Below are positions 13,587 to 25,759 of a stretch of DNA of 64,000 nucleotides, piece after piece. The translations under genes were made by a program, and so were the position numbers. Numbering within the stretch: the first letter of the stretch is position 1; each line of letters begins with the position of its first letter. The stretch comes from Lama guanicoe (taxonomy: Eukaryota): positions 8,281,367 to 8,345,366 of the forward strand of contig MU054220.1 in assembly GCA_013239625.1 (NCBI GenBank), written 5' to 3'. The notes beneath the pieces are model-generated. The model ran no database searches. It worked only from the letters and a program-made list of their open reading frames with translations, and was not told where the DNA came from.

Positions 13587-13801
13587 GCGTCTTAAGTAAT
13601 TAAAAGCTGATTAATCAAATTTGTAGTCCCTCATTTGGCTGAGTGTTTTTTTTTTCCTCTGCTGAAATGAATTCTGCCTTTAACTAATGGATGATGGTGT
13701 TGATAACAGAGGACGTTTTAATCACTGTGCTCTGATGATAGATGGTCATTCCATTTAATCAAATGCTACTTGACAGAATATTGTCTTTGGGGTTTGCTCA
13801 G
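13587..13801 (+). other. Candidate non-coding exon or pseudo-exon (215 bp)
   Basis: Acceptor tttttcctgcctttctattctAG|G and perfect donor CAG|GTAAGT; all frames closed near its start. Confidence 0.25.
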
Positions 13802-14589
13802 GTAAGTGATTCAGAGATGGGCAGCATGTGGTGGGCACAGGAAACATTGTAAGTTTCTTTAATAATATGGTTAGAACATGACATGAAAAACGAGACCGAA
13901 TCTTATAAGAGAAAATTTCCAAACCCACATTAACTATAGTCACTAAAGCGAACTATGATTTTCTAAAAATCCTTAAACAGGATAGCTTATCAAACCAATT
14001 TTATATTTTTCTTTGATTGAAATCGAACTATATGCTAGGAAAATGGTCAGCGTATTATGAATCCATCCCTTTGGTCATCTAAATAATTCCTATACATTTT
14101 ATATATATTTAAATATGTGTTTTAATGTGTATATTAAATTCCTGCTACGTAAGTCTTTGTTTTGAAAACTGAAGATTTTAAATTATACATGGTATAAAAT
14201 TTGCTGAATAGATCCTGCATCAAATTTGAGAGTGCTTTGCTTTTAAATATTTTTTTTCATACATAAAAAGAGAGGTAATATCATTTTTAAAATAACCATG
14301 GAACTTCTTGTTTAACTTAGTAGAGAGTAAAACCACAGTTCAGAACGTCCAAAATCACAAAATAAATGAACAAAAAGCACCAACAATGCTAAACCAGTAG
14401 CTAACAGAAGAAAGAGTGATGTCATACCGAAGAGAGAGAAACTTTAATCAAAATTTCACTTGATGCAGCCAAGTGTAATATGTAGAAGCAGAGCCTAAGC
14501 TGGTATCTTCTCATAGAAGAGAAGTCTCCAGGGACCCACGCTAACCCAGGAGAGCTAAATCTCTGGCCATAAAGGGAGAGGATTTGTCA

Positions 14590-15050
14590 CTGTACAAGTT
14601 ACTCGTGGCGACAGTAATGCTGTGTAAATAGGCACCTCAAAGCTCAGACACAGAATAAGCAGCCATGTGTCCTGATAATGATGCTGTGGGTCAGTGACTT
14701 AGGCTGGGCCTGGCCGGTGGCTCTTCCGGTGGGGACACTCACAGATCAGGCGTCAGTCGGCTGCAGCCTGGACAACGGGGGAAGGGGGCAGTGGTGCCCG
14801 TGATCCTCACTTGGCACAGGGCGAGTCCAGACATGTTCGCATGTCAGTGACAGATGGAACAAGCCCAACCATGCAAAGCTCGTTGATGGCGTGGGGGAGG
14901 GAAAATGACGAAGCTACCACTTGAGTTAGGGTTACCAGTACCACACTGGTCAGTGAGTCGCGCTGGGAGAGAACAGTCAAGTTGCATGACAAAGAGTGAT
15001 GCCTGGAGAGTGGTGAAGTCGTGAAGAGCTATTAAGGCACTCGGTTACCT
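14590..15050 (-). mobile_element. MLT1-type solo LTR, unusually CpG-rich
   Basis: agtaatgctgtgtaaataggcacctcaaagctcag, ctgtgggtcag...ggctgggcctggc, aagcccaaccatgcaaagc resemble antisense MLT1H/I. Confidence 0.55.
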
Positions 15051-15539
15051 GACTTCTCTACCTAGTGTCCAGAAACTCAGCAGAACATACGTCACAGAAA
15101 CACAATAAAGACACAGTGGAAGGCTTGCCTCTCTCACTCCATATTTCCTCTGCCCTGTTCTGTGAGGTACAGAGACACTGGTAGACCTTGGCATGGGGCA
15201 TTGTAATGCCCTGAGGAAGATATATCCATCTTAGATTGCATGTGAATGGAGTGAAGAAAACCCCAGTATTGTATCAGCGCAAAGAGAAGGACTAGACATA
15301 GCTGTGTTCATGCAGTGTGGTCATGACTTTAGATCAGGAATTGAGAGCCTGGATGGTGGGGAGAGGGAGGAATGACATTCTTCAGAATTTTAAAAATTAA
15401 GAAAATATTTGGAGAAGAAATACTAAGGAATACACAGTTGAAGAGAATATAAAGCAATAAAATGAAGAGTATTTTTATTTGGATTGTTTCCAGTGTAGGG
15501 CTACAGTAAGTAAAAATGTTATGATCTAAGAACAAGTTT

Positions 15540-16370
15540 TATGTGGCCAGATGTTTCCATTTCTTTGGGCGAATACTCAGCAGCGGGATCATTGGATCGT
15601 ATGTTACTTGTATATTTCCCTTCACTGTCAGTTGTATTTAAAATTGTCAGTGTCATTTTTGTATTCCAACCCACAGTATACAGAATGAGGGTGCTAGTTG
15701 CTATATATCTTTACAAACACTTGGTATTGTCAGTCAGTTTTACTTTAAGCATTGGAATACATGTAGATTTAATATGAATTTTCCTAAAGATTCAGGACAT
15801 TGAACATATTTCATGTGCTTGCCTGCCATTTTTATTTATTCTTTAGTAGTACGTATGTGAAACGTTTTCCTGTATCTTAAATGTGGGCTCTTCATCTTCA
15901 CATAAAGTTGTAGGATCTTTTATATATTCTGGATACAGCTCTTTAACAAACACATGATAGGTTGTGAATAATCTCTCCTAGTATGGGCTTTTCCTTTCCT
16001 TTTCAAAATAGTGTCTTTCAAATGGAAAAAAAAAAAGTGTTTAATCTTTAGGAAGTCTGACTTACCAGTGTTTTCCTGTTTGTTGGCTTGTTCGTTTCCT
16101 GTATTTCTGTACTAACAAAGCTTCACCTACCCAAGGTCATCAGTGTTTTCCAGACAATTGATACTTGCAGCTCTTACGTTTAGGTCTATTATCCTTTTCA
16201 TATATATTTTTGCATGTATTATTAGGTTCATTTTTCCTATTTTACTATCCAGTTGTTTAGCTCCATTTTTTGAAAAGACTGCCCCCCCACCCCCCACATT
16301 GAATTCCTTGGTATCCTTGTCAAAAATCATTTTGCACTGTATGTAATCATTGCACTATATATGTTAAATT
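15540..16370 (-). mobile_element. Old L1 ORF2/3' region fragment
   Basis: Antisense L1 motifs ctttacaaacacttggtattgtcagt, ttgaacatatttcatgtgcttg, cctacccaaggtcat, ccttggtatccttgtcaaaaatca. Confidence 0.8.
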
Positions 16371-16384
16371 TGTTTTGTTTTTTT

Positions 16385-17060
16385 CAGGGTACAGATTAGC
16401 TATTCCAGAAGTACTTTACATGTATACTGAGACTGAACAAATAAGTAAATAAATTATTGGTAATGGGAGCCATATTTCTTAATGTCTGAGAAAAAATTAC
16501 AATAAGCAAGTACAGGAGCTAAACTAACCCTATTGTGCTGATTAGATTAGGGGATATCAGTATAAATGCATGCTTATTTTTACTAATACACAGGAACATG
16601 TAGAAATAATTACAGATGCATATATACATATTTTCTAGCTCTGTCCACTGACAGAGCCTGGAGGCAGTGACATCTCACTATCATTAGCATATATAGCACC
16701 TCTTTATTAGTTTCTTAATACCATTTTACAATAGAAGGAACCTGATCTCCCTGGAGAAATGGCTGGTTCTGGAGCTGGAGCAGAGAAAATATAAGATGAT
16801 CTTGGGGCACCTCATAGTGCAATAAAGTAAAGAAGTGCTCAAAAAAGGAAGAAAAAGGAGAAAGACATGTTAAAAGAACATAACAGTTCCCACTGTCCAA
16901 AGAGGGAACCATGTCAACAATAAAATAAACAGTAAAACTATTGGTCATCACCAAATAAAAATTAATATCTGTAAGTCCATACTGATAGAACTAAATTAAA
17001 TAAAGAAGAGGCATGGAAAATGTCTTTCTTACAGAAAACTTGCAAGTAATAAAAATAATA
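16385..17060 (+). mobile_element. L1MC/L1MD-like 3' UTR fragment
   Basis: tagctctgtccactgacagagcctggaggcagtgacat, ccctggagaaatggctggttctggagctggagcagagaaaatataagatga. Confidence 0.7.
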
Positions 17061-17169
17061 TATGTAACAATCAAAATAATGAGAAAAACAGAACATAGTA
17101 ATAGGCAAGAAAGTATAGGCACGTTTCACAGAAAAAAATGCTAAAATTAGTGGCTGAAGATTGGAGCTG

Positions 17170-18270
17170 CAAAATTAACACAACTGATATAAATGAAATA
17201 CGTAGAATTTTGAAACCAGAAACATAACCCACATTCTTTTCGAGTGCAAATTCTAAAAAGTACCAAAATATATACTAGTTCATAAGGCAAAGTTCAATAA
17301 GCTTCAAAAGACTGAAATTATTCACAGAATCTCTGACTACAGTGAAATTTAGCTAAAAATCAATTCAGAATTTACTACTAGAAAAATCCCTATATGAATG
17401 AATGTTTCAAAATGAAATTAAGCAAAACAATTCTAAATAAGCTGTAGGTGGCAAAAAGCACAAAGAAAACATGGAAAATGAGAAATTTAGTTAACTAAGT
17501 AATGAAGGAATGATATATAAAAACTTGATAAACATAACATAGTGACTAAGTAAAAATGTGTAGTTTTCAATGGATAAGTCATACAAGAAAAAACCTGGTT
17601 ATCAATTATCTAAGTATCCACCAAAAGAATTTAGAAAAAGAAAATCAAGTGAAATTCTCAACAAGATTAGAAAAAATTAATAATGTGCAGAAATTACTGA
17701 AATGAAATAATGGATAAGAAAGAAAATGAGTAAAGCCAAAAGTGGGTTCTGTGTAATGTTAACTGAAATGACAAACCTGTAGGAAGAAAGATCAAGAGAA
17801 ATATGTTAGAAAACCTAAACTGTCAATAGAAAGAATGAAAAATGGATATTGCCACCAGTGATACAGACGTTTAAAAACAGAGGATATTCACAGCAGGTGC
17901 TTGACAATTAAACAAAATGGACAACTTTTTAAGGAAAACAATGCCAAAACTAAGGCATAAAGAACATAGAAAATCTCAGCATTGCTAAATGTGATTTAAA
18001 TGATTCAATCCAGTAGTGAAACATTCACACTAGAGGAAATTCCAGGACTTTGCCCTTAAATTCCACCAAACACTTATGAAAGCAATAACATATGTTTTAC
18101 ACAGGCTCTACAAGAGACTAGAAGAAGAGTGGATTTAAATGTGAAGATAAAACAAACTTCTAGAAAAAATTATAAGAGTGTATCTTTATGAGATTTGGTT
18201 AGAGTAAGCAGACACGTCAAAAACAGTGCACACAAAATTGAAAAATAGGATGCCATGAAAATTAAGAGAT
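17170..18270 (+). mobile_element. Old L1 ORF2 fragment
   Basis: ctctgactacagtgaaatttagctaaaaatcaat, aaagccaaaagtgggttct, aaattccaccaaacactta. Confidence 0.72.
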
Positions 18271-18299
18271 TGCTTGTTCATTTTTCCAGAATACAATCC

Positions 18300-18540
18300 A
18301 ATTACCTAATGTTTGAGCATTGACGTGGACAAAATGCTGTGATAGTGCTGGGAAGAAATTGATAAATTCTACCTAGGATTTTTTGAGAGAGCCAGGGAAG
18401 ACAATGGAGATCAGTTTACATTTGAACAGGACTTTAAAGATGAGCAAATATTCAGAAGTTTGGAAGTAAGAGAAGGAATATTCCGGGAGGACAGAGTAAC
18501 GTGAGTCAAGGCACAGAGAGTGAAAACACATTCATTCACA
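18300..18540 (-). mobile_element. L2 fragment
   Basis: acatttgaacaggactttaaagatgag...ttccgggaggacagagtaacgtgagtcaaggcacagag. Confidence 0.5.
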
Positions 18541-18739
18541 TTTAGAGGACATATTTAGTGAATAGATTAGAATGGGTAATATGTAAAATAGAATGGCTGG
18601 ATGTCTTCCAGCCAGGTTTTCATGAAACCCATTGAATAATATTATTTCTCTGTATTAATGTAGATCCAAACAAGTAAAAATAAACTTTAAAATACATAGG
18701 AGAAAATATTATATTAAAACTATTTTTAGACAATCAAAA

Positions 18740-19080
18740 AATTTTAATGATGACTGAATATTAAGTAATATTTTAAAATGTAATGTTTAAAATATGATCA
18801 TGTCATAATGCTATAAAAGCAAATTCCTTTATTTTATGCTTTGCAAAATTATTTTAAAATACTCCCTGAAGTTAAAAATAAAACTCTCTGAAGTATTAAT
18901 GGGTGAAATGACATGGTGTCTGGGATTGGCCTTAGAATTTCCCTATAAAAAGTAAAAGGGAGAGAAGCAGTGATGATGAAAAATTATGCTACAGATTTGA
19001 TGGTTAGTCATAGGGGGGTTACCAGTGTTTTCTTCTTTCTCATATATTGGAAAATTTTAATTATGACATATTAAACCTAA
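18740..19080 (+). mobile_element. Old L1M 3' end
   Basis: ctgaagtattaatgggtgaaatgacatggtgtctgggattggcctt. Confidence 0.5.
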
Positions 19081-19515
19081 AATCTATCATGAAAAACATG
19101 AATAAGGAAAATAAATGTTTTACTAAATATTCTAAGCATTCCATTGCTGCATGAGTCATTCTTAGAGTATTCCTAATGATACATTTTTTCAATTCATGAC
19201 TAGTTATTATAAAAATCTACTGAACCTCCTAGAGTGTTTTTCTTAGAAAATAGAATAATCTTTATGATGTGATTTTTTTTAATGAAACGTATCCACTTTT
19301 CAAACAGAGAGGCAAAGCATCCATTTTTTAAAATTTCTTGTTCCCAGTAAATACTAGAAATATTGAACTCTTCTAATTTATAGTCACTGAATTCCTTCAG
19401 TTTATTAGCACAGTTGTGTATATGCAAAGACATATTACTTCACTCCAGGGAAAATACAATTCAAATATAAAATATACCATATAAAAATACAAGAATGTTT
19501 AAGCTTCAAAAGTGC

Positions 19516-19607
19516 TATATATATATATATACACACACACACACATATATGTGTGTGTGTGTGTATATGTATATGTGTGTGTATGTGTATATATATATAT
19601 ATATATA
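19516..19607. repeat. Compound (TA)n(CA)n(TG)n(TA)n microsatellite
   Basis: Directly visible alternating purine-pyrimidine run of about 92 bp. Confidence 0.95.
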
Positions 19608-20745
19608 GTTTCTTTGAATTGTTCAGAGATTGAATTGCCTTTGAAAACAATGACCCTGTGCAAAAGTATAAATTTCAGTCAGATTTCCAAAGTAGAGGGT
19701 GGTCATAGAACTATAAGGAAAATAAAAAGACCTTGAGGCGTTATTTAATATATCCTCAATAACTCCAGAAATCGTTGTTTAAAGTAGCTTCTATTAAATT
19801 TTCATTTTTTCTGAAAATAGTCGGGTGATTTTAAACTAGATTGCTCCAGCCCTACTCCAATTACATCTCCACCTAGAGAATGTGAAGTATTTGAATTATC
19901 TCAATGATTACAGAGTGCTATTACAACATGCAAAGTTATCATGTCCAAAACGCAATATTGTAGCATGTAGAAACACTGCTGGTTTAGAGAAACAGGTCCA
20001 GAGTTTCCTACTGCATTTGGATCTGAAAAACTATATAGAATAAGTCTAAAATTCTTCAATTAACTGTAGCTGGCTTTTATGCTTTGCCATCTAATCATCA
20101 GTAATGTTTAATCAATTTAGAATAAAAGAGTGAGGAGAAAAAGCTGGTCTGCAACACACACACAAACACACACACATATACACATTTTGGAAACAGAATT
20201 TCCCAGGATCATTTAGGTATTTGAAAATCTTAATTAGCATGCTTGCACCTAGAAAGGAAGTGAGGTACGTATAAACTTAGGACAAAGATTTATTTAAGAG
20301 ATGTGATCATTTTCTCCCTCATGGGGTTGGAACCAAGGAAGACTTGAGTAAGCATGGGAACAATTTCCAAACTCCTCACTTAATATCTCCAAAATCAAAC
20401 CAAAATATGGGGGTTCTTGGCTAGCTGGGGTGCATTTAGTCACTTCTTCGTATGGTTGAAAACAGACTCTGTGTAACAACCTGTAGAGATGTATTTGACT
20501 TGGTCTAAAAGTAACTTTTATCACAGTAACTAAGTGCAAGTTTCAATTTCAGGGCCACTTGTTTGTCTGCCATCAGATAGTTCAACACAATGAAGTCTAA
20601 AATGCACCTCACAACTGTAATTTCTTCAGTTGCCTGCATATGAATGTATTAAAAATTGTACAGCATTCGCATATCTTAGCACAGCCTCTCGTAGGCAAAT
20701 GCATCTGGGAAAAGAACAAGAACCCGGGGTCAGCTTCTCATCTTC

Positions 20746-20824
20746 TTCCTGCTGAGTCCATCCAAGCACAAAGCTTCCTTTCGAAGACAGTGGGAGCTTT
20801 GTGCTTGAATCTGCTCTGCAGGGA
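20746..20824 (+). other. Long inverted repeat / stem-loop (33-bp gapless stem, 13-nt loop); function unknown
   Basis: 20746-20778 pairs with 20792-20824: 26 Watson-Crick, 3 G-U, 4 mismatches; core caagcacaaagcttcc / gggagctttgtgcttg. Confidence 0.8.
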
Positions 20825-21349
20825 AACAGAGCCAGAGGACTGAAGTCAATAGATACTGTGTGTGGTTGTGATTGCAGGCTGCCCTCTCGCACTGGTGTCA
20901 CATTTAAATGGAGACTGCAAGCCCTTCGTTCTTTCAGGTGATTCTCAGAAGTACCCTGTGCTCACTCTCTGTGGCTTATCCACCTTTTTTCACCCTGGAT
21001 GAAAAATCTGCAGCTCAGGACTGAAATACCGAAAGCTAAAACCAGGTGACTGAAAGCACAAATTGGTACAAAGGGATGCACCATGCCTGTGGAAAGATTT
21101 GAATTTGTCATAGAGTATAGTGTTGCTACTGGTATTATTAACTTATTATTTTTGATTAAACTTACCTTGCATCTCAAATTGACCAGCAAATATTTTAGAA
21201 GAGGCTTTTATGAATTAACATTTTTACTTGCATTTTGGGGGCCTTTACCTGGGTTTTTAATTTCTAGTCCCCAAGTCATGTTTTCAAGCCAGATTTATAG
21301 ATAAAAATGACTAAACCTACAGCTTATAAGAGTTGTTAGAAAATATGAA

Positions 21350-21560
21350 ATGCTTATTATGATCCAAGTACTTTGTTATGACTTTACATTTATTATGAGG
21401 ATCTATGAATCAACGGAGGCACAGAGAAATCAGTCACCTGCCAAAAGTCACATAATGTATAAGTGTTGGATTCACACCCAAGGAGCCTGGCTCTAGGATT
21501 CTTTCTTTTTTCTTTTTTCTTTTTTCAAGTCGGGTTTTATCTTTAGTCTGTAAGGGATTC
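21350..21560 (-). mobile_element. MIR fragment
   Basis: aacggaggcacagagaaatcagtcacctgccaaaagtcaca...ggattcacacccaagg. Confidence 0.62.
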
Positions 21561-22334
21561 ATCTTCTTAATCACCTCTCACAGCTAATACAAGTAACGTG
21601 GCATGTGTACACTTCTTAGATTTAGGTTAATTAAATGAATTTACTAATGCAATGTATTTGTTTTATATAAGAAATAAATTTATAAGTAGAAAATCATTTG
21701 AGATACCTCAATAACTCAGTTTTCTGCATGCATTCATTCATGCCCCTAATTCATTTCAATTACTGTGTCCTAAGCCAGGTGTAAGTCACTGAAGGCAAAT
21801 ATCCTTACCTCCCAGAAAGTCAGGCTATTTAGTCATTTTCCATAAGCACCATATAATTTTATATCGTTTCTAAATTACCTATAATTGGCTGGTTTGAATA
21901 AATGAAAACAGTGTGCTAACATGAGGTACCTACTGCAATCTGTTACTTCCTTTCAGGATATAAAGGGCTTCTCAATGGTCCAAGCAGGGTGGTACTGCCA
22001 GCTGGTTCCTATAGGGAGATTCAGTACAGGAATCGGTGCTGAAATAAATCAGTAGCTTAGCAAGATCTCTGGCAGCAAATACCAACAGAGGACAAACCAG
22101 GAGTTCAGGGAAAGCAGGTTCTGAGCTAGCCATAAGGTGATGGAGAACAGATCAGAGATGGAACAAGGGTAGATTGTAAGAAAGCAGACATGTTCAGAAA
22201 TTCTGATTCAGGAATATGATCAAATAAGTGTCAGGAACTTAAGGAGTTTCCAAAACAAAACCTCAAATTATCTAGTCACACTGTTCCACACTTCCAAGGC
22301 AGGAGATGCCTGCATAAGTTTAACAGGTGGCTTC

Positions 22335-22432
22335 TAGACTAGTCAGAAGTGGGTTTGAATCCTGGCTCTAAAACTTAGCAGAAGTATGAAACCTACTTAA
22401 TTACCTAACCTCTCTGAGCTTCGGTTTTGTCA
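22335..22432 (+). mobile_element. MIR 5' half (interrupted by L1; probable remainder about 24880-24945)
   Basis: gggtttgaatcctggctct...ttacctaacctctctgagcttcggttttgtcat. Confidence 0.7.
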
Positions 22433-23646
22433 TGAAAAGAGTTATACACCAAGACCAAGTGGAGTGTACTCCTGAGATGCAAGAATTGTTCAGCATAAGA
22501 AGATCAAATTAATGTAACGCATACATTAACAGAATCAAGGGGGAAAAACATGTTCATCTCAGTTTATACAGAAAAAAAAAAGCATTTGACAAAATTGGAT
22601 ACCATTTCATGACAAAAAAAAAAACTTTCAACAAACTAGGAATAGAAAGCACTTACCTGAACATATTTAAGACCATACGTGAAAAATCCAAAGGTAATAT
22701 CATACTCAATAGTGAAAAATGGAAGCTTTCCCTCTAAAATCAGGAACAACTTAAGGATATCCTCTAGTACCACTTTTATTCAACATAATACTGGAAATCC
22801 TAGCCATAGAAATTAGGCAAAAAAAAAGGACACCTTGGAATGGAAGATATTGGAATGGAAGAAATAAAATAACCCTATTCGCAGATGAAAAACATCTTGT
22901 ATCTAGAAAACTCTAAAGACTCCACCAAAAAAATGTTAGAATTAATAAACAAATTCCACACATTTGCAAGATACAAAATCAACAAACGCAAATCAGTTAA
23001 ATTTTCATGTACTAAAAATGAAGTATCTGAAAAGGAACTTGGGAAAATTATTCAATTTACAATAGCATCAAAAATAATAAAATACTTTGGAATAATTTAA
23101 CCAAGGAGGCAAAAGATTTGTGCACTGAAAATCACAAAATGCTGCTGAAAGTAATTAAAGAAGACACAAATAAATGGAAAGACATCTCATGTTCATAGAC
23201 TGGAAGATTTAATATGGTTAAAATGTCCATATCACCCAAAGCAATATACAGATTCAATGCAATTCCTGCCAAAATCTCAATGGCATTTCTGTTAGGAATA
23301 GAAGACACATTCTAAAATTGATGTGGAATTTCAAAGGATCTCAAATAGCCAAAACTTACTTGAGAAAGAAAAACAAAGATGCAGTCTTCATACTTTCTGA
23401 TTTCAAAACATATTACAAAGTTATAGTAATCAAAAAATATGATACTAGCATGAAGTATGGTACTAAATATCCTGACCAATAAAACAGAATACAAGTTGCA
23501 GAAATTAACCCTGATGTATACTGTTAAACGATCTCCAACACGGGTGCCAAGGCTAACAAACAGGAAAGGGTAGTCTCTTCAGTAATTGATGGTGAAAAAA
23601 CTGGATATCTACATGCAAACAAATTAAGTTAGACCCTTATTTTCCA

Positions 23647-23685
<39 letters not shown>

Positions 23686-24879
23686 TTAACTCAAAATGGA
23701 TTAAAGATCTAAACATAAGACCAGAAACTATAAACTCGTTAGTGAAAACCTAGGCATATAGCTTCATGGCATTGCATTTGGCAATGAATTTTTGACTATG
23801 ACACCGAAAATACAGGCAACAAAAGGAAGAACAGACAAATGGGATTACATTAAACTTAAAAACTTTTGTGCACCAACAGAGTGAAAAGACAACATATAGA
23901 GTGGAAGAAAATGTTTGCAAATTGTATATCTAATAAGGGGTTAATATCCAAAATATGTAAATAACTCCTGGAACTCAACAACAAAAAAACAAATAGTCCA
24001 GTTTTAAATGGGAATGATGTTGAATAGTCAGATCTCCAAAGAAGGTATACAAATGTCCAACAGACACATGAAAAGGTGCTCAATGCCAGTAATCATCAAG
24101 GAAATGTAAATCAAAACCACAATGAAGTATCACCTCACACCCAGTAGATGGCCCCCATTCAAAGCAAAAAAAAAAAAAAAAAGGAAAGAGAAAGAAAGGA
24201 AAGGAAGGAGGAGAGGAAAGAGTAAGTGCTGATGAGAATGAGGATGTAGAGAACTCAGAACCCTTGTACACACTGGTGGGGACTGCAAAATCAATGTTGC
24301 ACTCCTATGGAAAACATTATTGAAGATATTTTGAGAAACTTAAAAAAGAATTACCGTATGGTCCAGGAATTTCGCTTCTGGGTATATATACAAATGAATT
24401 AAAAGCAGGAGCTCGAAGTGTGATTTGCACACCAGTGTTCAACTGCAACATTATTTACAATAGCCAAGAAGTAGAAGCAACAGTTATCCATCAGTGGATG
24501 ATTGGATGAAGAATGGCATAACTTTTTCAGCTTTAATAAAGAAGGACATCCTGCCATTTGCAACAATATGTATGAACGTTGAGGAAACTGTGTTAAGTCA
24601 AATGTACCAGACACAGAGGGACACATTCTGCATAATTCCACCTAAAAGAGCTATCTAAAGTGGTCAAATTTCTAGAAACAAAGTAGAATGGTGGTTGCCA
24701 GGGGCTGGAGGAAAGGGGAAGTGGGGAGCTGTTCAATGGGTATCAAGTTTCAATTTTGCAGGATGAAAAAGTTCTAGAAACCTGTTGCACAACAAGATGC
24801 ATATAGTTAACACCACTGTACTGTACACTTTAAAATGATTGAGATGGTAAATTTATGTTTTTTACCACAGTAAAAAAAA
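22433..24879 (+). mobile_element. 5'-truncated L1 (L1MA10/L1MB-like), decayed ORF2 plus 3' UTR
   Basis: ORF2 remnant ILYLENSKDSTKKMLELINKF in the ORF track; 3' UTR gtagaatggtggttgccaggggctgg...gatgaaaaagttctag...; A tail. Confidence 0.92.
23649..23683. repeat. (AC)17 microsatellite inside L1
   Basis: Directly visible. Confidence 0.95.
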
Positions 24880-25029
24880 TGTGGGCTTAGCACTGAAATA
24901 TTGGGAAGTTCTCTGAAATGTTGAAACATAATACATAAATTATGCATTTGTATTATTCATAGGAATTATAATTTATATTATTGATATTCATTTGAGTGGA
25001 TATGAAGTATTATTTCTATTTATACACTT

Positions 25030-25140
25030 ACTGAATATTTATCAAGCACCTGCCATCACCAGGCACTGAATTAGATGCTGGATACGTAGTAAAAAACACA
25101 GTGGACGTGCCTCCTGCCTCATGGGGCTTATATTCTAGCT
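25030..25140 (-). mobile_element. L2 3' end
   Basis: aatatttatcaagcacctgcc...ccaggcactg...cctgcctcatggggcttatattctag. Confidence 0.7.
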
Positions 25141-25234
25141 TAATGTACCGTAAATTAATACAAATATTTGTACCTATATATACATGTATGTGTCATTGTT
25201 ATTTTTTAAAAAATTAAAGAGGAAGAGAGCGACA

Positions 25235-25450
25235 AGAGTTGAAAGAGCACAAGTTTTGTGTTCTACAGCCTTGGGTTCAAAGCTTGGGTTCTGAGCTTCA
25301 CTTTTTATTAAACTTCTGACCTTAGATACGTCATTTATCATCCGTAAGTCTCAGCTCCTTACCACACCAGGCTACTGTAAGGAATAAATGAAATAATGCT
25401 ATAAATTTCCTAACACAAAAGTAGGCTTTCCCCAAATATCAGCTTTCTTT
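25235..25450 (+). mobile_element. MIR
   Basis: gccttgggttcaaa...tgaccttagatacgtcattta...gtaaggaataaatgaaataatg. Confidence 0.62.
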
Positions 25451-25759
25451 ATGCTTTCACAGTGAAAAATTGTATGTTTATTTTTCAAGTACTTGGCCTC
25501 ACATTTATATAATAATTTTTCACTAACAGTTCTGCAAATTATACATCTTAACCAGTAATAGTACCTATTTCTCTAACAGATATTTGTGTATTGAGTTTCC
25601 TTTAAATGATGAAGATACATCCATTTGAGAGATGTATTGGTCTCAATCTTGGATCAGATACAGATGAAAAAGTCTGCATACAGAACTTCTTAACACCCTT
25701 TAATGTTAAGCCAAAGTTACTTTTAGACAGCACTAAGAGAAACGATACTGTTTGGTTCA

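Noticed and set aside
20799..20812. ttgtgcttgaatct resembles the 5' end of miR-218 (ttgtgcttgatct)
   Set aside because: Similarity stops after about 13 nt and it lies on the 3' arm; not a mir-218 locus
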